A stretch of DNA of 60,140 bases, the filler included, from Hausera hauseri (Eukaryota): assembly GCA_046269625.1 (NCBI GenBank). It is 11 parts of 11 records of this genome, joined end to end, with 100 filler letters (N's around TTAATTAATTAA, not from the genome) between each part and the next. Parts side by side here need not be neighbours in the genome. Positions count along the whole stretch, not along the records: positions 34,454 to 40,714 come from JBJURY010119763.1; positions 40,815 to 45,933 come from JBJURY010330049.1; positions 46,034 to 50,322 come from JBJURY010654441.1; positions 50,423 to 55,164 come from JBJURY010453579.1; 7 more parts are not named here. One strand, 5' to 3'. Of the stretch, positions 38,568 to 52,222 are shown one piece after another; position 1 is the stretch's first letter; each line of letters opens with the position of its first letter. Both the position numbers and the translations under genes were made by a program. Under the pieces are notes generated by a model, which was not told the DNA's origin, did no database searches, and saw nothing but the letters and a program-made list of their open reading frames with translations.

Positions 38568-39029
38568 ATGCCCAAACCATCTCGTATCTTTTTAATTAGA
38601 ATAAAGAAAGAATTGGAATGGCTCAATGAAGACAAAGATTCGTTAGTCAGTGCAACTCCAGATGAAAAAGATATGACCAAATGGACCGCAGTTATTCAAG
38701 GTCCTCCAGGTACTCCATATGAAGGAGGAAAATTCAAACTTCTACTAACATTGCCAGACAACTATCCGTTTAAACCACCAAAAGTTGAAGTCCAAACAAA
38801 AATATTTCATCCAAATATTAAAGGAAATCGTATTTGCCTTGATGTGCTACAGGACCAATGGACTGCTGGATTGAATATTCAGAAAATTTTGCTTTCAATT
38901 CTATCATTATTGACTGATCCAAATCCATCCAGTCCGTTAAATGGGGAAGCAGCTACATTGTATCAATCAAACAAAGAAGCATACAATCGAACGGTTAAAG
39001 AGTGGATTATAAAAAATGAATCCCAGTAA
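38568..39029 (+). CDS. Ubiquitin-conjugating enzyme E2, UBC4/5 (UBE2D)-like, intronless
   Basis: RIKKEL, GPPGTPYEGGKF, YPFKPPKV, FHPNI..GNRICLDVL (catalytic Cys), PNPSSPLN. Confidence 0.95.
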   Translation: MPKPSRIFLIRIKKELEWLNEDKDSLVSATPDEKDMTKWTAVIQGPPGTPYEGGKFKLLLTLPDNYPFKPPKVEVQTKIFHPNIKGNRICLDVLQDQWTAGLNIQKILLSILSLLTDPNPSSPLNGEAATLYQSNKEAYNRTVKEWIIKNESQ

Positions 39030-40114
39030 CGTAGAAATAAATTTACTTTTTAGAAATACCATGTTTTTAATGTTATCTTTTCTACAATTTGTAAAAATTT
39101 ATAAATTTTTTATTATTGTTCTATTGTCAAATTTTTGATAATAAACTTTGGTTGTCTTATGTAAGAAAAATGTGCGAATTTATGAAATGAATTTGAAATA
39201 TTAAGATGGTCATTTTATTAATGATTTAATCATAAGTCAGGAAACAATGAAAAAAATGTTTATATTATGTTTGATGAAAACGATAATACTGAGAAAACTA
39301 TCGAACATTAAGCACTCCACTATATTGTTCATGAAACCAAAATGAAAATATTTATCAAATTAGGAACATTGAAAATTAGTGAAATCAAGTAAAATATACA
39401 TAATATAACTGTGCCTTCATTACCAATATTCAAAACCGTTTTCAAATAGCAATATTTGCCATTATTATAACGTTCAAGATATCATAATGTTTACCCCTAA
39501 AATAATCTGACATGATATTAGTATGTGTGTGTCTGAATATCAAATGTACTGCGGATGTTGGCGTGTGTGTATTTATTGAATAATGTAAACTACAACGAAA
39601 CGGATTTGCTGTATATATGGGCCTTTTATAACGAATAGTCAAAGACATGTAAAATATAATGCTGATTAATAATATGCAAAAAACGTTCTCCGAACGAAAT
39701 CAAAAGAAAGAAATTGGAGATTTTAAACTTGATAGTATTTCGAACTTGTCCTTAAGCTAATGATCTTTTTAATAATCGATTTATAGTGTTTCATGGAAGT
39801 TCCGCCAATCTAAAACGGATTTGTCGATTTAATAATCGCATATTTTCACATATAATTTTTAGCTAGACACATTAGTGGCCATAGACTGTAGGTCGAATAT
39901 TCGATGGATATGATTAAAAAATCTGAAACAATCTGAGTGAAAACCAACTTAAGTGAGTAAACAACGAACTGAAAAAAAATATATAACGTGATGGTGATTG
40001 ATTTATATTGTGTGAAGTTTTCTTAACTAACTGTCAAAGCTTGATGACATGTCGTTCAGTGGAAGCCGAAATACAACGCATTAAGTGACAGTTGTTTTAG
40101 CGCATCAGTCGAAA

Positions 40115-40714
40115 AATGTATAAAGGGCAATGAATCAATATTACATTTAGTTTTAAAATTGGTAAAAGTGCTACGGAAACGTTTGAATTGCTGAAAAAGT
40201 TTATGGTGATAATTGTTTATCCAAAACACAAGTGTATGAGTGGTTCCGATGATTCAAGGAAGACAGGGAAGATTTGGATGACGTAAACATACAGGTCGCC
40301 CATCTGATGTGATTACCGAAGAAAACATCGATGAAGTACGTGATTTCATTAAAGTTTCCAAGAAATCTTCAGTGAGATTAATGGAAATGGAGCTTAACAT
40401 ACGGGAAACAACAAGTTATCGTATTTTAATTGAAAAACTTGGTGTAAGGAAATTGAATTCAAAGTTTGTTCCGCGTCAACTGAATGGTGACCAAAAATCG
40501 AACCGAATTGAATATTGCAAAGACATCGTTAAACATGCTCGGAATAACGAAAACTTCTTAAAAACTATTGTAACTGGTGATGAAACATGGTGTTTGGAAT
40601 ACGAATAAGAAACAAAGCGCCAGAGTGCTGAATGACGGTCTCTAGATGAAGGAAATCCAAAAAATCAAAACAATGCTCATCTGTTTTTTTTTTTATTTTC
40701 AGAGAATTATCCAC
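40115..40714 (+). mobile_element. Mariner transposase remnant (5' part)
   Basis: GKSATETFELLKK, YEWF..FK, GRP, KFVPRQL, IVTGDETW; several stops; truncated by spacer. Confidence 0.88.
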
Positions 40715-40814
40715 NNNNNNNNNNNNNNNNNNNNNNNNNNNNNNNNNNNNNNNNNNNNTTAATTAATTAANNNNNNNNNNNNNNNNNNNNNNNNNNNNNN
40801 NNNNNNNNNNNNNN

Positions 40815-41571
40815 CCCGGTCACATGTCCTAATCATCAATATTGGAAATATCGGAAATCCGATATTATTGATTTTTGCACACTTGCACGTGCTACGCACC
40901 TGCACAATATATATCAAGGTGCATCTCGATGTGCTCTATCTACCTGCACTTGACCCCAATAGATTCCATCACTCCTACGCTGCACAGTGACCAATATGTG
41001 GAAAGTGAAAGTGCCTTGGCAACCGTATCCAAGAGCACACTTAGTCGCGTATTTCACTGAACGATAGTACATCAAGTACTCTACCCGCCAGTATGTGCCA
41101 TATTCATATTATTGATTTTCAATTTATAGCAGAAAGGCCTATGGAAAGTCTGTCCCACTTGGCAATTATTCGAAAACCAATCAGTATATTTAAATTCTAA
41201 CTGCACATACACAGTGTATCATGTGTGCTTTCGATTGCACCTAGTGCCGTGCCCTAATAATCAATATTGGGATTATCGGAAATCCGATATTATTGATTTT
41301 TTCACACTTGCATATATGCTGCACACCTGCACAGTGTACTAATCGATGCCCACAAATGTGCACTATCGGTTAACACTTTTTCCAGATCGATTCGATCAAT
41401 ACTGCATTGTGCAGCGATCGATTTGTGAAGTGTGGAAAAATGTGCTTAGCAACGATGCCTAGCTGCACCGTCGCCTAGCACTCTACGGATCGATAGTGCA
41501 CAGTGCCCACTATCGATTTATCGACGCGCACACCCCCGAGGGTGAGGGAGAACGCTCATTTTTCCCCTACT
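40815..41571. repeat. Palindrome-rich repeat family, tandem units of about 425 bp
   Basis: atcggaaatccgatattattgattttt recurs at about 40850 and 41275; ends in catttttcccctact. Confidence 0.8.
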
Positions 41572-41599
41572 TAAGGAGGGTGAGGCAGGAGCTCCCAAT

Positions 41600-41950
41600 T
41601 TAAGTCCTTTCTTTTTTGAAGTGGGATGCGCGCGGTATGGGTCCTAACGTCATCGTAATGGTCTAAAACTTGTTTAATATTCACCAATCTGCGACGTTCT
41701 TTAATTATTTTGTCATTCAAAGGACATAACTGTTGTCGGTAGATGTCTGCAGTGGTCGTTTGATTTGGTAGTAACAGCTCAAAGAATTACTCAATGTTTA
41801 TCCCACCAAATAGACAGGAGTGCCCTTTTTGGATGCAATTCTATTTTTGCCGTTCGTAAGGGCATTTTATCCTAATCAATCCATTGTCTTTTTCTGTTTA
41901 TGTTATGATACAATATCCCTTTTTCATCTCAGGTAACAATGCGAAATAAA
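41600..41950 (-). mobile_element. Degraded mariner fragment
   Basis: Minus strand LLSIWWD near 41800-41820 and HYDDVRTHTAR (decayed HHDNARPHTA) near 41628-41660. Confidence 0.65.
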
Positions 41951-42249
41951 AATAAATTGTGTTCAAAGCATATTAGTAAACAAGTGCAGNNNNNNNNNNT
42001 GAGGTACCAACTTCCCAAGCCAGGATACTTTTCCTATCTCTTTTAGTTGACGAAATATTGTTCCGTTAGCAAAGTAAACAGGACCGCCAGAACGGGGTTT
42101 ATCATCAACACTTTTGTTTATTCACGAATTTTTACACAACCCCTCAACAATCTTGCACTTATAATGGTCTCATTATGAACACTATTTTATTTGCAGTGGA
42201 TCTATAATTTTTATCACTTAAGAATAAAAAGTATAAAACATATCGTTTG

Positions 42250-43571
42250 TATTGATTGAAGTCTGCCTTTTTGATGTCACTTTTCAAAAGATAAATACTG
42301 TTATACACAACTAAGTTCGATATGCTCTCCTGTGATCATATCGAGCCTTTCCTTAATCGTTTGTTGACTTGTGATGAAAAAAATGTGCATCAATGACCTG
42401 TTCCCATTTTGTTACTAGCTTCTCTATCCCCCTCTTATAGAAGTCCGTGGTTTTTGAGGAAAAGAAAGTCTCAAGTGCATCTTGAACCTGCTGGTCACTT
42501 TTAAAGTCCTTTCCACGCAGATAATTGTCAAGATCAAGGAATATATGAAAATCGGAAGGAGAGATATCCGATGAATAAGGTGGATGACACAAAGCCTCCT
42601 ACTGAAGGTGCTTCATTGAATTTCGGACAACGTTAGAGGTATGGGGGCGGGCATTGTCCTGAATAAACAGCACTGCTTTGTGATTGATAAGAACTGCTTC
42701 CTTCTGTTGCAATACACGGTGAACACGTTTAAGCTGCTTTGAATAAAAGTCACCGGTGATGGTTTGGCCAGGTCTCAGTAGCTCAAAATGGACAATTCCG
42801 CGCATTGTCCACCATATACAGAGGAGCACCTTACGTTGATTCAATGGTTGTTTTGCGGTTTGTGGAGCAGGGTCAGAGGTGGAGAGCCAATGTCGTTTCC
42901 TGATAGGATTGTTGTATTGGATCCATTTTTATCACAAGTCAACAAACGATTAAGGAAAGGCTCGATATGGTGACGGGAAAGCAGGGCAAAGCAAGGCGTC
43001 ATACGTTGTTTCTTGTTGACATCAGACAACGCATGTGGGACCCACTTGCTCAACTTGTACATTTTGCCTATTTTGTGCAGATGATCTCGGATAGTCTCAT
43101 CATTAACATGGAACATCAGCGCAAATTCCTACAGGTTAGACTACTATCCCCTTCAATGGCAGTTGTCAGGGTATCATTGTCAATAATCACGGGACGTCCA
43201 CTGCGGAGTACATCTTCAAGTGATTCATCTCCAGCTTTAAATCTCTCAAACCACTTTCTTGCTGTTTGCTCCTTTACAGCATTATTTTCAAATGCTGTAC
43301 ACATTTTTCTAGTGGCCTCTGCAGCCAAACTCCCAAGTTTGAACTCAAACAAAACACCTCTGATGAGCTGTGATTGCATCTCGTATTAAATGTGTACCTT
43401 GAAAATACAGCACAGATAATGTTAAGCAATTAATATAGTAAAACAAATTTAGAGGCTTCATAGTAATATTTGAATAGTATGTGATTAATTGAAGCTGTTA
43501 TTTAATACGAATATAATAGCCATTGTTACATAGTGCAAAAAACGGCAGACTTTTCTGGTTACAGATCAATA
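42250..43571 (-). mobile_element. Near full-length mariner (DD34D) element, inactivated
   Basis: Transposase fragments 43379-42353 (WFERFKAG, WVPHAL, LTCD, QDNARPH, HPPYSSDISPSDF). TIR remnants TATTGAT..AAGTCTGCC at 42250 and inverted at about 43537-43571. Confidence 0.9.
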
Positions 43572-44267
43572 ACATAATAAAGTAAATTATTTGATGAATA
43601 CGACTATGTAACAAATTACATTCTCATTTGCAGCTACTAAACTTTTTGGGACATACGATGAAATTTAAATTTCTAATTTTGCCGCGGGTGTTACTTACCG
43701 GATATCCTATACCATAGATACATGCAAACAATATCAAGGTAGTAGAACAAATACAATACGTCATACTTAAATGATATCAATTTCAACAAACCAATAAATT
43801 GTATTATTGATTTTTAATTATAGAAAATATTCAATTAGATATGCAGAAGTATGAATATTTTTGTCATTGAATTTTTATGATGCAAATTAAACATTAAAAA
43901 CAATAAACTTATACATGGAATTAAATGCAAGTTTTGTTACAATTTTGTGAAACTGAAATATTTTGATTGGCTAATTTTAGTATGACATAGAGATATGTGA
44001 AACTATTTGGTAGATGTCATTTTCATTCCAGTTGACATCGTTTAATGTTTCTATTTGCTCTGACTATTAAATGAAATAACAACTATTTTTGATTGGCTAA
44101 TTGAATTTTTCATCGAATATTTTCTATTATGATTTTATATAATAAAATTACATCGAAATTCAATAAAAACAACATAAATATACTCCGAATATCGACAGTA
44201 AACCATAATCAAACGAAGTGATATGCTACAAAAATATCATTACTCAGTCAAATAGTATTTCTGAACT

Positions 44268-45690
44268 CTAATCAAATTGTTTGTTGCTCATCAGAATCGA
44301 TTCCAGCAAATGATTCGACAGAAGTTTGAGCGAATTACTTCGAGCTTGTGATTCGATGGGACTCAAAGTTTCACCGGCATTTTTCTCTGGTGAATTTGCA
44401 TTATCAGTTAATGTTGTCCGGTTGTCGAGTTGTTCAAGTTCTATGGTAGACGTTCGAACTACAATGGTGGTCTCCTTTCGTGGATACTCTGGTTGGTCGA
44501 CTGTCTTCTCAGTGTTCTCTGCTTTAATGGTTTCGGGAGATTTTGAATGATCTGGACTTGGGGATTGTTTCTGTTGGATAGTATTAGCATATGGTTCATG
44601 TTCGGTGGATCGTCTACGTTGTGTGCCTGTGGAATCTTTCTTTGGATTCGTGTTAGTAATCACAGATTCTCCTTTCTCAGCTTCGTTTAATTTCGGTGGA
44701 TTTTTCTGATTAGCACTTTCTGCATTCTTCCGATTGTCCATTAACATTTGATGTTCCGTAGATAGTCTACGTTGTGTGCCTGTGGATTCTTTCTTCAGAG
44801 TCGTGTTAGTAATCACAGATTCTCCTTTCTCAGCTTCGTTTAATTTCGGTGGATTTTTCTGCATAGCACTTTCTACATTCTTCTGATTGTCCATTAACAT
44901 TTGATGTTCCGTGGATAGTCTACGTTGTGTGCTTGTGGAATCTTTCTTCAGAGTCGTGTTAGTAATCACAGATTCTCCTTTCTCATCTTCGTTTAATTTC
45001 GGTGGATTTTTCTGCATAGCACTTTCTACATTCTTCTGATTGTCCATTAACATTTGATGTTCGTCTACTCGGCTAATGCTACCTGCATTGTTATCAACAG
45101 CAACTTGATCCTCTTTACTAAACTGCTCCACACTTTTTGCTCTCAAATTTTCTAACTCATTTGTCAGAATCCCCGCTACAAAACTGTCAACAAATATTTC
45201 AAGTGAATGACGTTTATCCCTCAGAATACGAGACGACGTTTGGTCAACATCTGCACATTGATTGCCTTCTTTCTCAGCTGTTTCTTCTTTGGGATTTCTG
45301 TTGAAATCCTCCGTATTGTTTGTGTTGTCTGTGTCGATTTCATTGGGGTTATTTCGGTTGTCCATAACATTTTGTCCATTCTCATTCTCAATTATTGTAG
45401 TCGTTTGTAGATCATGAAGGAACCCACCAATTGTTGATGTTATTGACTCATTGGAATCATGACGAGTTACCAAAATAAAGTCTGTCTCCTTCTGCTGGTC
45501 CTCTCCATTAGAATGGACAGACTGATTGGATACTTCATCATTAGCGTTTTCATTGTTGCTTGTTGTTGGTTTGTCTTTATCTTCTGTGTACGTTGTTACT
45601 GCTGTTGTTAAACTGTTCTTTCTTGGTTTGTTTTGATTGGGCTTTTTACTTTTAGAGGAGATGGATTTTGATGACTTCTCACGTTGTTGT
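44268..45690 (-). CDS. Large terminal exon of an unknown low-complexity protein with 51-aa repeats
   Basis: Open frame of more than 470 codons; probable acceptor ttttcag at about 45691. The ORF extension to 45899 runs into repeat sequence. Confidence 0.65.
44598..45063 (-). repeat. Three tandem 153-bp coding repeats
   Basis: aacatttgatgttc at 44743, 44896 and 45049; unit EHQMLMDNQKNVESAMQKNPPKLNE.EKGESVITNTTLKKDST.TQRRLST. Confidence 0.95.
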
Positions 45691-46499
45691 CTGAAAATAT
45701 ATAACAGGAGAAAGGAACGAGTTATCACATGTATACTAATTAATGCACGAATTTTGCTTATCATTAGTTGTCGCTTTTGTCGCAGACTCTGCCACTCCGC
45801 AATAAGGAGACATATTAGTAGGGGAAAAAAGAGCGTTCTGGAACAAGGGGGGGGGAGGTCCACCCACGCACCAATTGACCAATCACAAGCGTCTCGCATG
45901 CTGATTGGTTAATTCGACAACGGCGAGTTCAGTNNNNNNNNNNNNNNNNNNNNNNNNNNNNNNNNNNNNNNNNNNNNTTAATTAATTAANNNNNNNNNNN
46001 NNNNNNNNNNNNNNNNNNNNNNNNNNNNNNNNNAATAGTTAATCAGTTGAAGAAATTGCAAAATTTTGATGGATTATCAATTTCAGACTTTGTACGATGG
46101 TGGTAAGTACATAATAGTGATTTGGTTGCGAGAGCAGCAGGAGCATTTACTATGAATGACTTTTAATACAGACGGCGTCACGGGTGTTACTGACCGTTTT
46201 AATGAAAGCAAACCGGTTGGAATAAATTTGGTCACTGGCTTCATTGACCGTTTTTCTATTGCTACGATGACAGTAAACCGGTTAGTACATATTTGGTCCA
46301 TTGTTTACAACGAAAATAAACCGATTTGAACAAATTTTGTATAAATATGGATGTCTTTTCATTTCAGTTTGTCTATAAAATGTCTGCACAACAAAACAAC
46401 AGCATCTACAGCAGCAAAAACAACAACAATACCGACAGTTCAATTGTGTCAGATTTCAGTAAGTTCATTTCAATTTTACTTTTTGCCCTTAATATGAAT

Positions 46500-46922
46500 T
46501 TAGAAAGCAACAATGAGTCCAAGTGCGGCTCGTATTCCCTCAGAAAGTCCAGAGTGTACAACTGGTACAGTCTACACTTCCTGCAAACCCCAATTCTAGT
46601 TCAATTATCAACACCGATCAAAATGAAGCATGTAAAATATGGCCTGTTGGCAAAGAAAATCGGTGACAGTGAATTGGATGCATTTGAGGAAACGATGAAG
46701 AAAGTGGAAAATGATTTGATGTTGTCCAATGATATTCTAGACATATCCTCGCTTTTTTATAAAGGCAACATGGCGAAAATTGTGAGTGCAAGTGGACAAA
46801 CAGCAGTTTTGCCAATGTAAGGGGTAAAATGACACCTGACAATGAAGCTGAAAGGATATAAGGAAGTGCGCGGTATTAAATCGTTAATGTGGAAGTTGGG
46901 AAAGTTTACCCTAATGAATTGA
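46500..46922 (+). pseudogene. Small Polinton-associated gene convergent with pPolB (copy B)
   Basis: MKHVKYGLLAKKIGDSELD..KGNMAKIVS, then past stops HLTMKLKGYKEVRGIKSLMWKLGKFTLMN; homologous to 7856-8233. Confidence 0.6.
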
Positions 46923-47169
46923 CTTGAAATACTATTTTTAGTTTTTGGTGTTGTTAGTTTATGATTTATTTTAAAATTTATTTAAGTTTTTGGTGTTGTG
47001 CTTTAGATTAGTAATGAAAAGTATGAGTTTTTGAGTAATGAGATTTTAAAATTTATTTTCGATAACCAAAACTTAAGCTCTATTTTCTTGTTATAAAACA
47101 GAATACAAAAAGTAGTGTACACATACGTTACTGATCATATATAACAAAACATGGGCAGCAGATAAATGT

Positions 47170-50100
47170 AAAATAAAGATCACAAATGTCAACGATCTAG
47201 TTGGACTGAATTGCATGTTTGCACTGATCTGTTTGTGAACACTAAAAGTGTGTTATCTCAAACGCCAGTGTCCGTACCCCAAACTCTTATTTCGTCCCAC
47301 CCACTTTCGCTTATCATCATTGCATGATAAAACGACTTTTGTGTTGGTCACCATATACAGATAATGCTCAATTGATCAGATGATCGTTTGAGATGCAACA
47401 GCCTTTGACTGTCCTTCTTCTTTATAGATACTGCGATAATCACCGTGATTTATTTCCGTCTGGGCCAAATGAACTCCTTTGGCGCGAATTTTCGGTCCAC
47501 ATTCAGTTAAAAGGCTATAACCTTTTGGCCGTAGAAATACCCATTCCCACAGTGAAGCCGACCTTCACTTCCATCCTTGAATCAGACGATTTGGTTTACG
47601 ATGGCGTTGGTGTACAACGGATGATTCTGTGGGTAATTTGACGCCCAGTAATCCGTCTGCCATCATTTGCCGCAGTAGTTGTTCGCGATTGATGTTTCCA
47701 ATTCCAAAAAAAACTGTCTGTATCATCGGCAGTTATATTGATCCTGCATCCGCCACCGCCGAACATTTGCCGGTAACGTGCCAAATCGCGATACTGCAGC
47801 TCATACATCCGCAACTTGCTTAGGTCCAATACCACTTGTCTTACATAACTTGGTCGGTCCAGTACGACTTCTTCCTTGCTTAAAAGCACGCCAACTAATC
47901 CATCAGCAGTGTGCATTGATCGCCTGAACTGTGCCTTGCTCATGTACATGACAAACCGCTTTTCGCTACTCTATAGGTGTACACTGAGCTGCTTTTTCAG
48001 ATTCTCTACTGTTTTTCCGTAGGGCGAATTGTTTTTCAGTTTGTAATAGTCTTTTTCAAACTTTGTACAAGCTGCAGCTCGTTTTTCCGAATTCCGACTG
48101 ATGTACGGCTTGAATATCGGAGCCAGTGCGAATCGGACTGCTCGATGTAGCCGTGTGACGCGTACACCCAATTGCATGTAAAATTGCAACATACGCCAAT
48201 GACCTATGTAATTTTACTTGGGTTCATGCGTCACAAGGAGCTTCTTCAATTTTGAGCCCGGCGGACTTATGCTAACTGGTGCGCCCGGCAGTTCATCCAG
48301 AAAGTTATGCAGCTCATATGATACCACGAGATAGACTTCCATAAGGTATCCGATTCAGCTGTTTTCTGTTATCTAGCCTGCTCTCGACAGATTTTCCAGT
48401 GTTGTATCCAGGTCCTGTTTGTCAACTACCCATTTGAATGAACCCATACGGCAAGGGTTGCGAAAGCGCCCAGCCGTACAGGTTATTAATGTCGATATAC
48501 AACAGTGATATGGTATCATCACTGGTTACATAATGCTTGTTGACAAATGTCATGCCGCCACAAATACAAACATCAAACATTCGGTACATTTCAGGGTCTT
48601 GCAACAGCTCGATATCCCGATCCAGTGATATCAGAGCTGATGCCCAACTCATTTCGTATTTTGAGTAAAAGTTGATTGGCTCCAGCCTATCTTTTGCCAA
48701 CGCGTTAGCTCGAAATGTCTAAAACACATCGGCTAAAATGTACACGTCCAATTTCAGATCCTGAAGCATGTACTCCAACAGGTTTCTGCAGCCAAGCTCT
48801 GCCAAAAACAATTGTGCTTTGTGATGTTGGTCTTCTGTGATACCGGGCCATTGCGGTGGTAATTTGTCTATCGTCTGGAGCCGCTCGTATGATATCGCAA
48901 AGTCATACGGGAATATGCCTTTTCTACGTGCAATGCGTGGGGAACTGAGTCAATGTTAGCGGCACATCTGGCAAGGCATTTACCAGCTTTGCCAGAGATT
49001 CATTGAGAAATTGCAATAAGTCGATGAAGCGTACATGGAATCGGTTAATACGAGCAGACAGTGACAGGTATTTCTCCATCGTATGCGGAATTATGGATAG
49101 TGCCCACTGTGGAAATCCGTTTATGGCCCATTTTAAAATATGGTGACAATCATAACTCCGAAAGTTATGAAAAATTACCGGCAGGAATGGCCGCACACGC
49201 CTTGCCAAATTGCACTAATTGCATGCTGCTCCGAGATATCGACCAGTAAAATGGTCATGATCCGATACGAGCCGTTCCTGTGCATCAAACGGGAATATTT
49301 TATGGCACAGGTAACATTCGTCTGTGACTGAAAACGTCAGGCGTTCATCTTTATCTGTCCGCATCAGAAGTTTATTACTATTTCTACTGTACCAGCTTGC
49401 GATTCCCGTTTCTATTATTGTTTCTATCAGCTGCAGGAAATCACGTACACAGTTCCAGCCATGAAAACATAATATCGTGGATGACCTGCGACTTTTATTG
49501 GGACAACCAACATACCGACGGCGATTGGAACATGTTTTTGGTCATATATGTTATGCCGTGGTAAGAGCTTCGATATCGTCATATGCTACACATGCCGGGC
49601 TGTCTGTTTTTGACCAATCAGTGAATCTCAGTTCCTTTTTGTCAGGCATGACAAACATTGTTGTTCCCGATGACTTTTGTCTGCATAGTGTCACATATTT
49701 CTCCCATGTTCTTTCCGACCTGAATCCATGCAGACATACAGGACACCATTTACAATGTATCCATTTTGGAGGAAATGGTCATGCTCAATGTTCAGTAATC
49801 TGTCAAAATTTGTCACTGCATCGTAATGGTACTTTTCTTTTCGTTCCAGTAGCAACAAATTTACTGAGTGGAGGCCATTTTGGTTCCGATTGCGATAGAT
49901 TATATTCACATGACGATTTTTATAAATTTCTTCATCCGCTGGTATTTCTACGATTGTGTTGCGCCGAAACACGTTGAATGCCAGTGTAGGATTACTCCGT
50001 TCAAAAGCCGAAATAGTTTTGAGTTTCATTGGCATCCAGCTTTCATCGAAATCCAATTCGGAAAATATTTCCGATAATGTTTTGGACGAGATGCATTATG

Positions 50101-50322
50101 TTTGTCCACTTTGTCATATTTCAATACCGACAGAATACTGTAAAGAAAACAGTATTCATCGTTAGTATTTTTTACATTCACTACCTCCAGAGACTGCTAT
50201 AGAGCTACAAGTATCGGTATGAATAATATCCCAGACAAATATAATATGTTAATCGACTTTGTTATGATAAAGCAGAGGGTGAAAATTTGTATAATTCGCC
50301 ATCCACTACCATTTTCCGTGTA
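47170..50322 (-). mobile_element. Polinton/Maverick-type pPolB, degraded (copy B)
   Basis: FHNFRSYDCH, YIDINNLYGWAL, YYKLKNNSPYGKTVEN, ADDTDSF, HDHFTGRYLGAACN. Colinear with copy A. Confidence 0.9.
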
Positions 50323-52222
50323 NNNNNNNNNNNNNNNNNNNNNNNNNNNNNNNNNNNNNNNNNNNNTTAATTAATTAANNNNNNNNNNNNNNNNNNNNNN
50401 NNNNNNNNNNNNNNNNNNNNNNCAAATGGACCAAAGGGCGCCGGCCGCTGTGGGCACCACAAGCAATTTCTTGCGCTATCAGTTTTCCGGTTAATTTTAC
50501 GCAACTTTTATACATCTCCGTACATATTTATGGTAGGCTTATCAGAGCATTGGTAGGCAGTTAGCACTTGATATGGATTGTGTCCTCAATTATTATTGCA
50601 TTGCATGGAAGAAGTAATATCATAATGATGAACGGCTCGGACGTAAGTTCATAAGAATCGTGTCGGGTTGAGATGGAAGTTGGTCATACAAAACTCGTTG
50701 TAAATTGTGTTGTTGCGTCTGTTTGAAGGTTACCATATGCTAATTTGGAGTGGATGTAAAATTTCTGGAGACATTACCGTACAGTTTCTGGATAATAACA
50801 ACTATCGGGACAAAGAATTGTCATGTTAATGAAATTGTTGTCGATAATGAATATTTTAATGTTTATTTTGTGATGGCAAATGGACAAAAAAATTGAAATG
50901 AACAAATTGAGTTATAGATCCGGTTTTTAAAAATTCAGTATATTGTTAGATACAATTGGACAAAATTCACTGAAGAAGTCAACGAGTGGTTTCAGTCTGG
51001 ATGGATAAAGATATAGTGAAATGTTTGAAGGATTATCAAATTATTGGCTATCGCGAATTAAATCAGTATATATCATGTGATACCACGGGTAGCGAAATAT
51101 GCAGTGGAAAGATCAGAAGTTGGAGACGAAGAGGACAGAATTTAATAATTCTAGATTTTAGAATGAAGTATTTGAAAATTCATGTAGCGGAGTGCATGTG
51201 GAAGTATCAGGGGATTGATTCTGATTAACGCCTTTGGGTTTCGAGCTAAATATGGCTCCCATAATAATGACGTAAATTGCCAAAATGGTATTGTTAAAGG
51301 AACACGCAAGTATGTTCAGGAACGGACTCATATAGACGATATTTTCAAATTCTGTCAGTGTGAAGCAAGTCCAGGATGTGTTAGAAAGTTTGGTCTGATA
51401 ATAAAGGACACCATTCTTTTTACTAATGGCGGCGTTTTGATGTTACATGTGATGGATACTTAGGGTAAGTTGTGTTGAACTCGAGGAAACAACCTTCCCT
51501 CAATTACCGAGCGTTTGATAAAGAAGTTGATATTTTTAGTCTACGTTAAATTACTTGATCACACTCCTATTTACGGGATGGTTGAGGCCTGCTTGCAGCT
51601 TAGTAAAACGCAGTCAAAATGATAAGAATTGGATGGACCATGCAGATGCAGAAACAATTTAAATAATTACTGATATTTTAGCACGAGTTCGAAGAGAAGA
51701 CTCATCACGAAGAAAGTGTGCAATACCAGAGGTCGCCAAAGGGAAGATATGAAGCGATGCAGGCAGCTTGGTAATAGACATACATGAGGAAATTGAATGC
51801 TAGATAGTCGAAGATGCATGTCGGTTGAAAAAAGAAAATGATTCATCGCACAAGTGTTGCTCAACTAGAGGGTTTGTTAAAAAGTGTGAATTTGTCAATT
51901 AAATGGGACCTAACAGACATTAAGTTAATCACAGACTCCATAACTGTGTTTAATTGGGTATCATCGAAGATTTCAAGAGATCAGTGAGTGAGAATCACAG
52001 ATTAAATGAATGATGATAGTTGATTTCATCAGATCCGACATGAACAATGCTGACAAATTAACTAGAGTTCTACAGAAATGTCTATATTCAGGAACATCTG
52101 TTGCAAAAGATGAAATACAAGAAGTTCGTTTAAAAATCCAGTTGGGTATAAACAGAACATTGTATATTGTTTGAAAATGTTACCTTTAGGGGTGCTGGCC
52201 TTGATGAAACACTCCACTCTGT

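Noticed and set aside
38568-39029. Functional link between the E2 gene and the retroelement UBL domain
   Set aside because: Different contigs; co-occurrence in the window is an artefact of concatenation.
45691-45899. N-terminal 70 aa of the 543-aa ORF
   Set aside because: Overlaps a repeat terminus at 45817 and a likely intron ending in ttttcag; probably not coding.
50900-52000. Short plus-strand ORF fragments suggesting a decayed element
   Set aside because: No motif I can assign with confidence.
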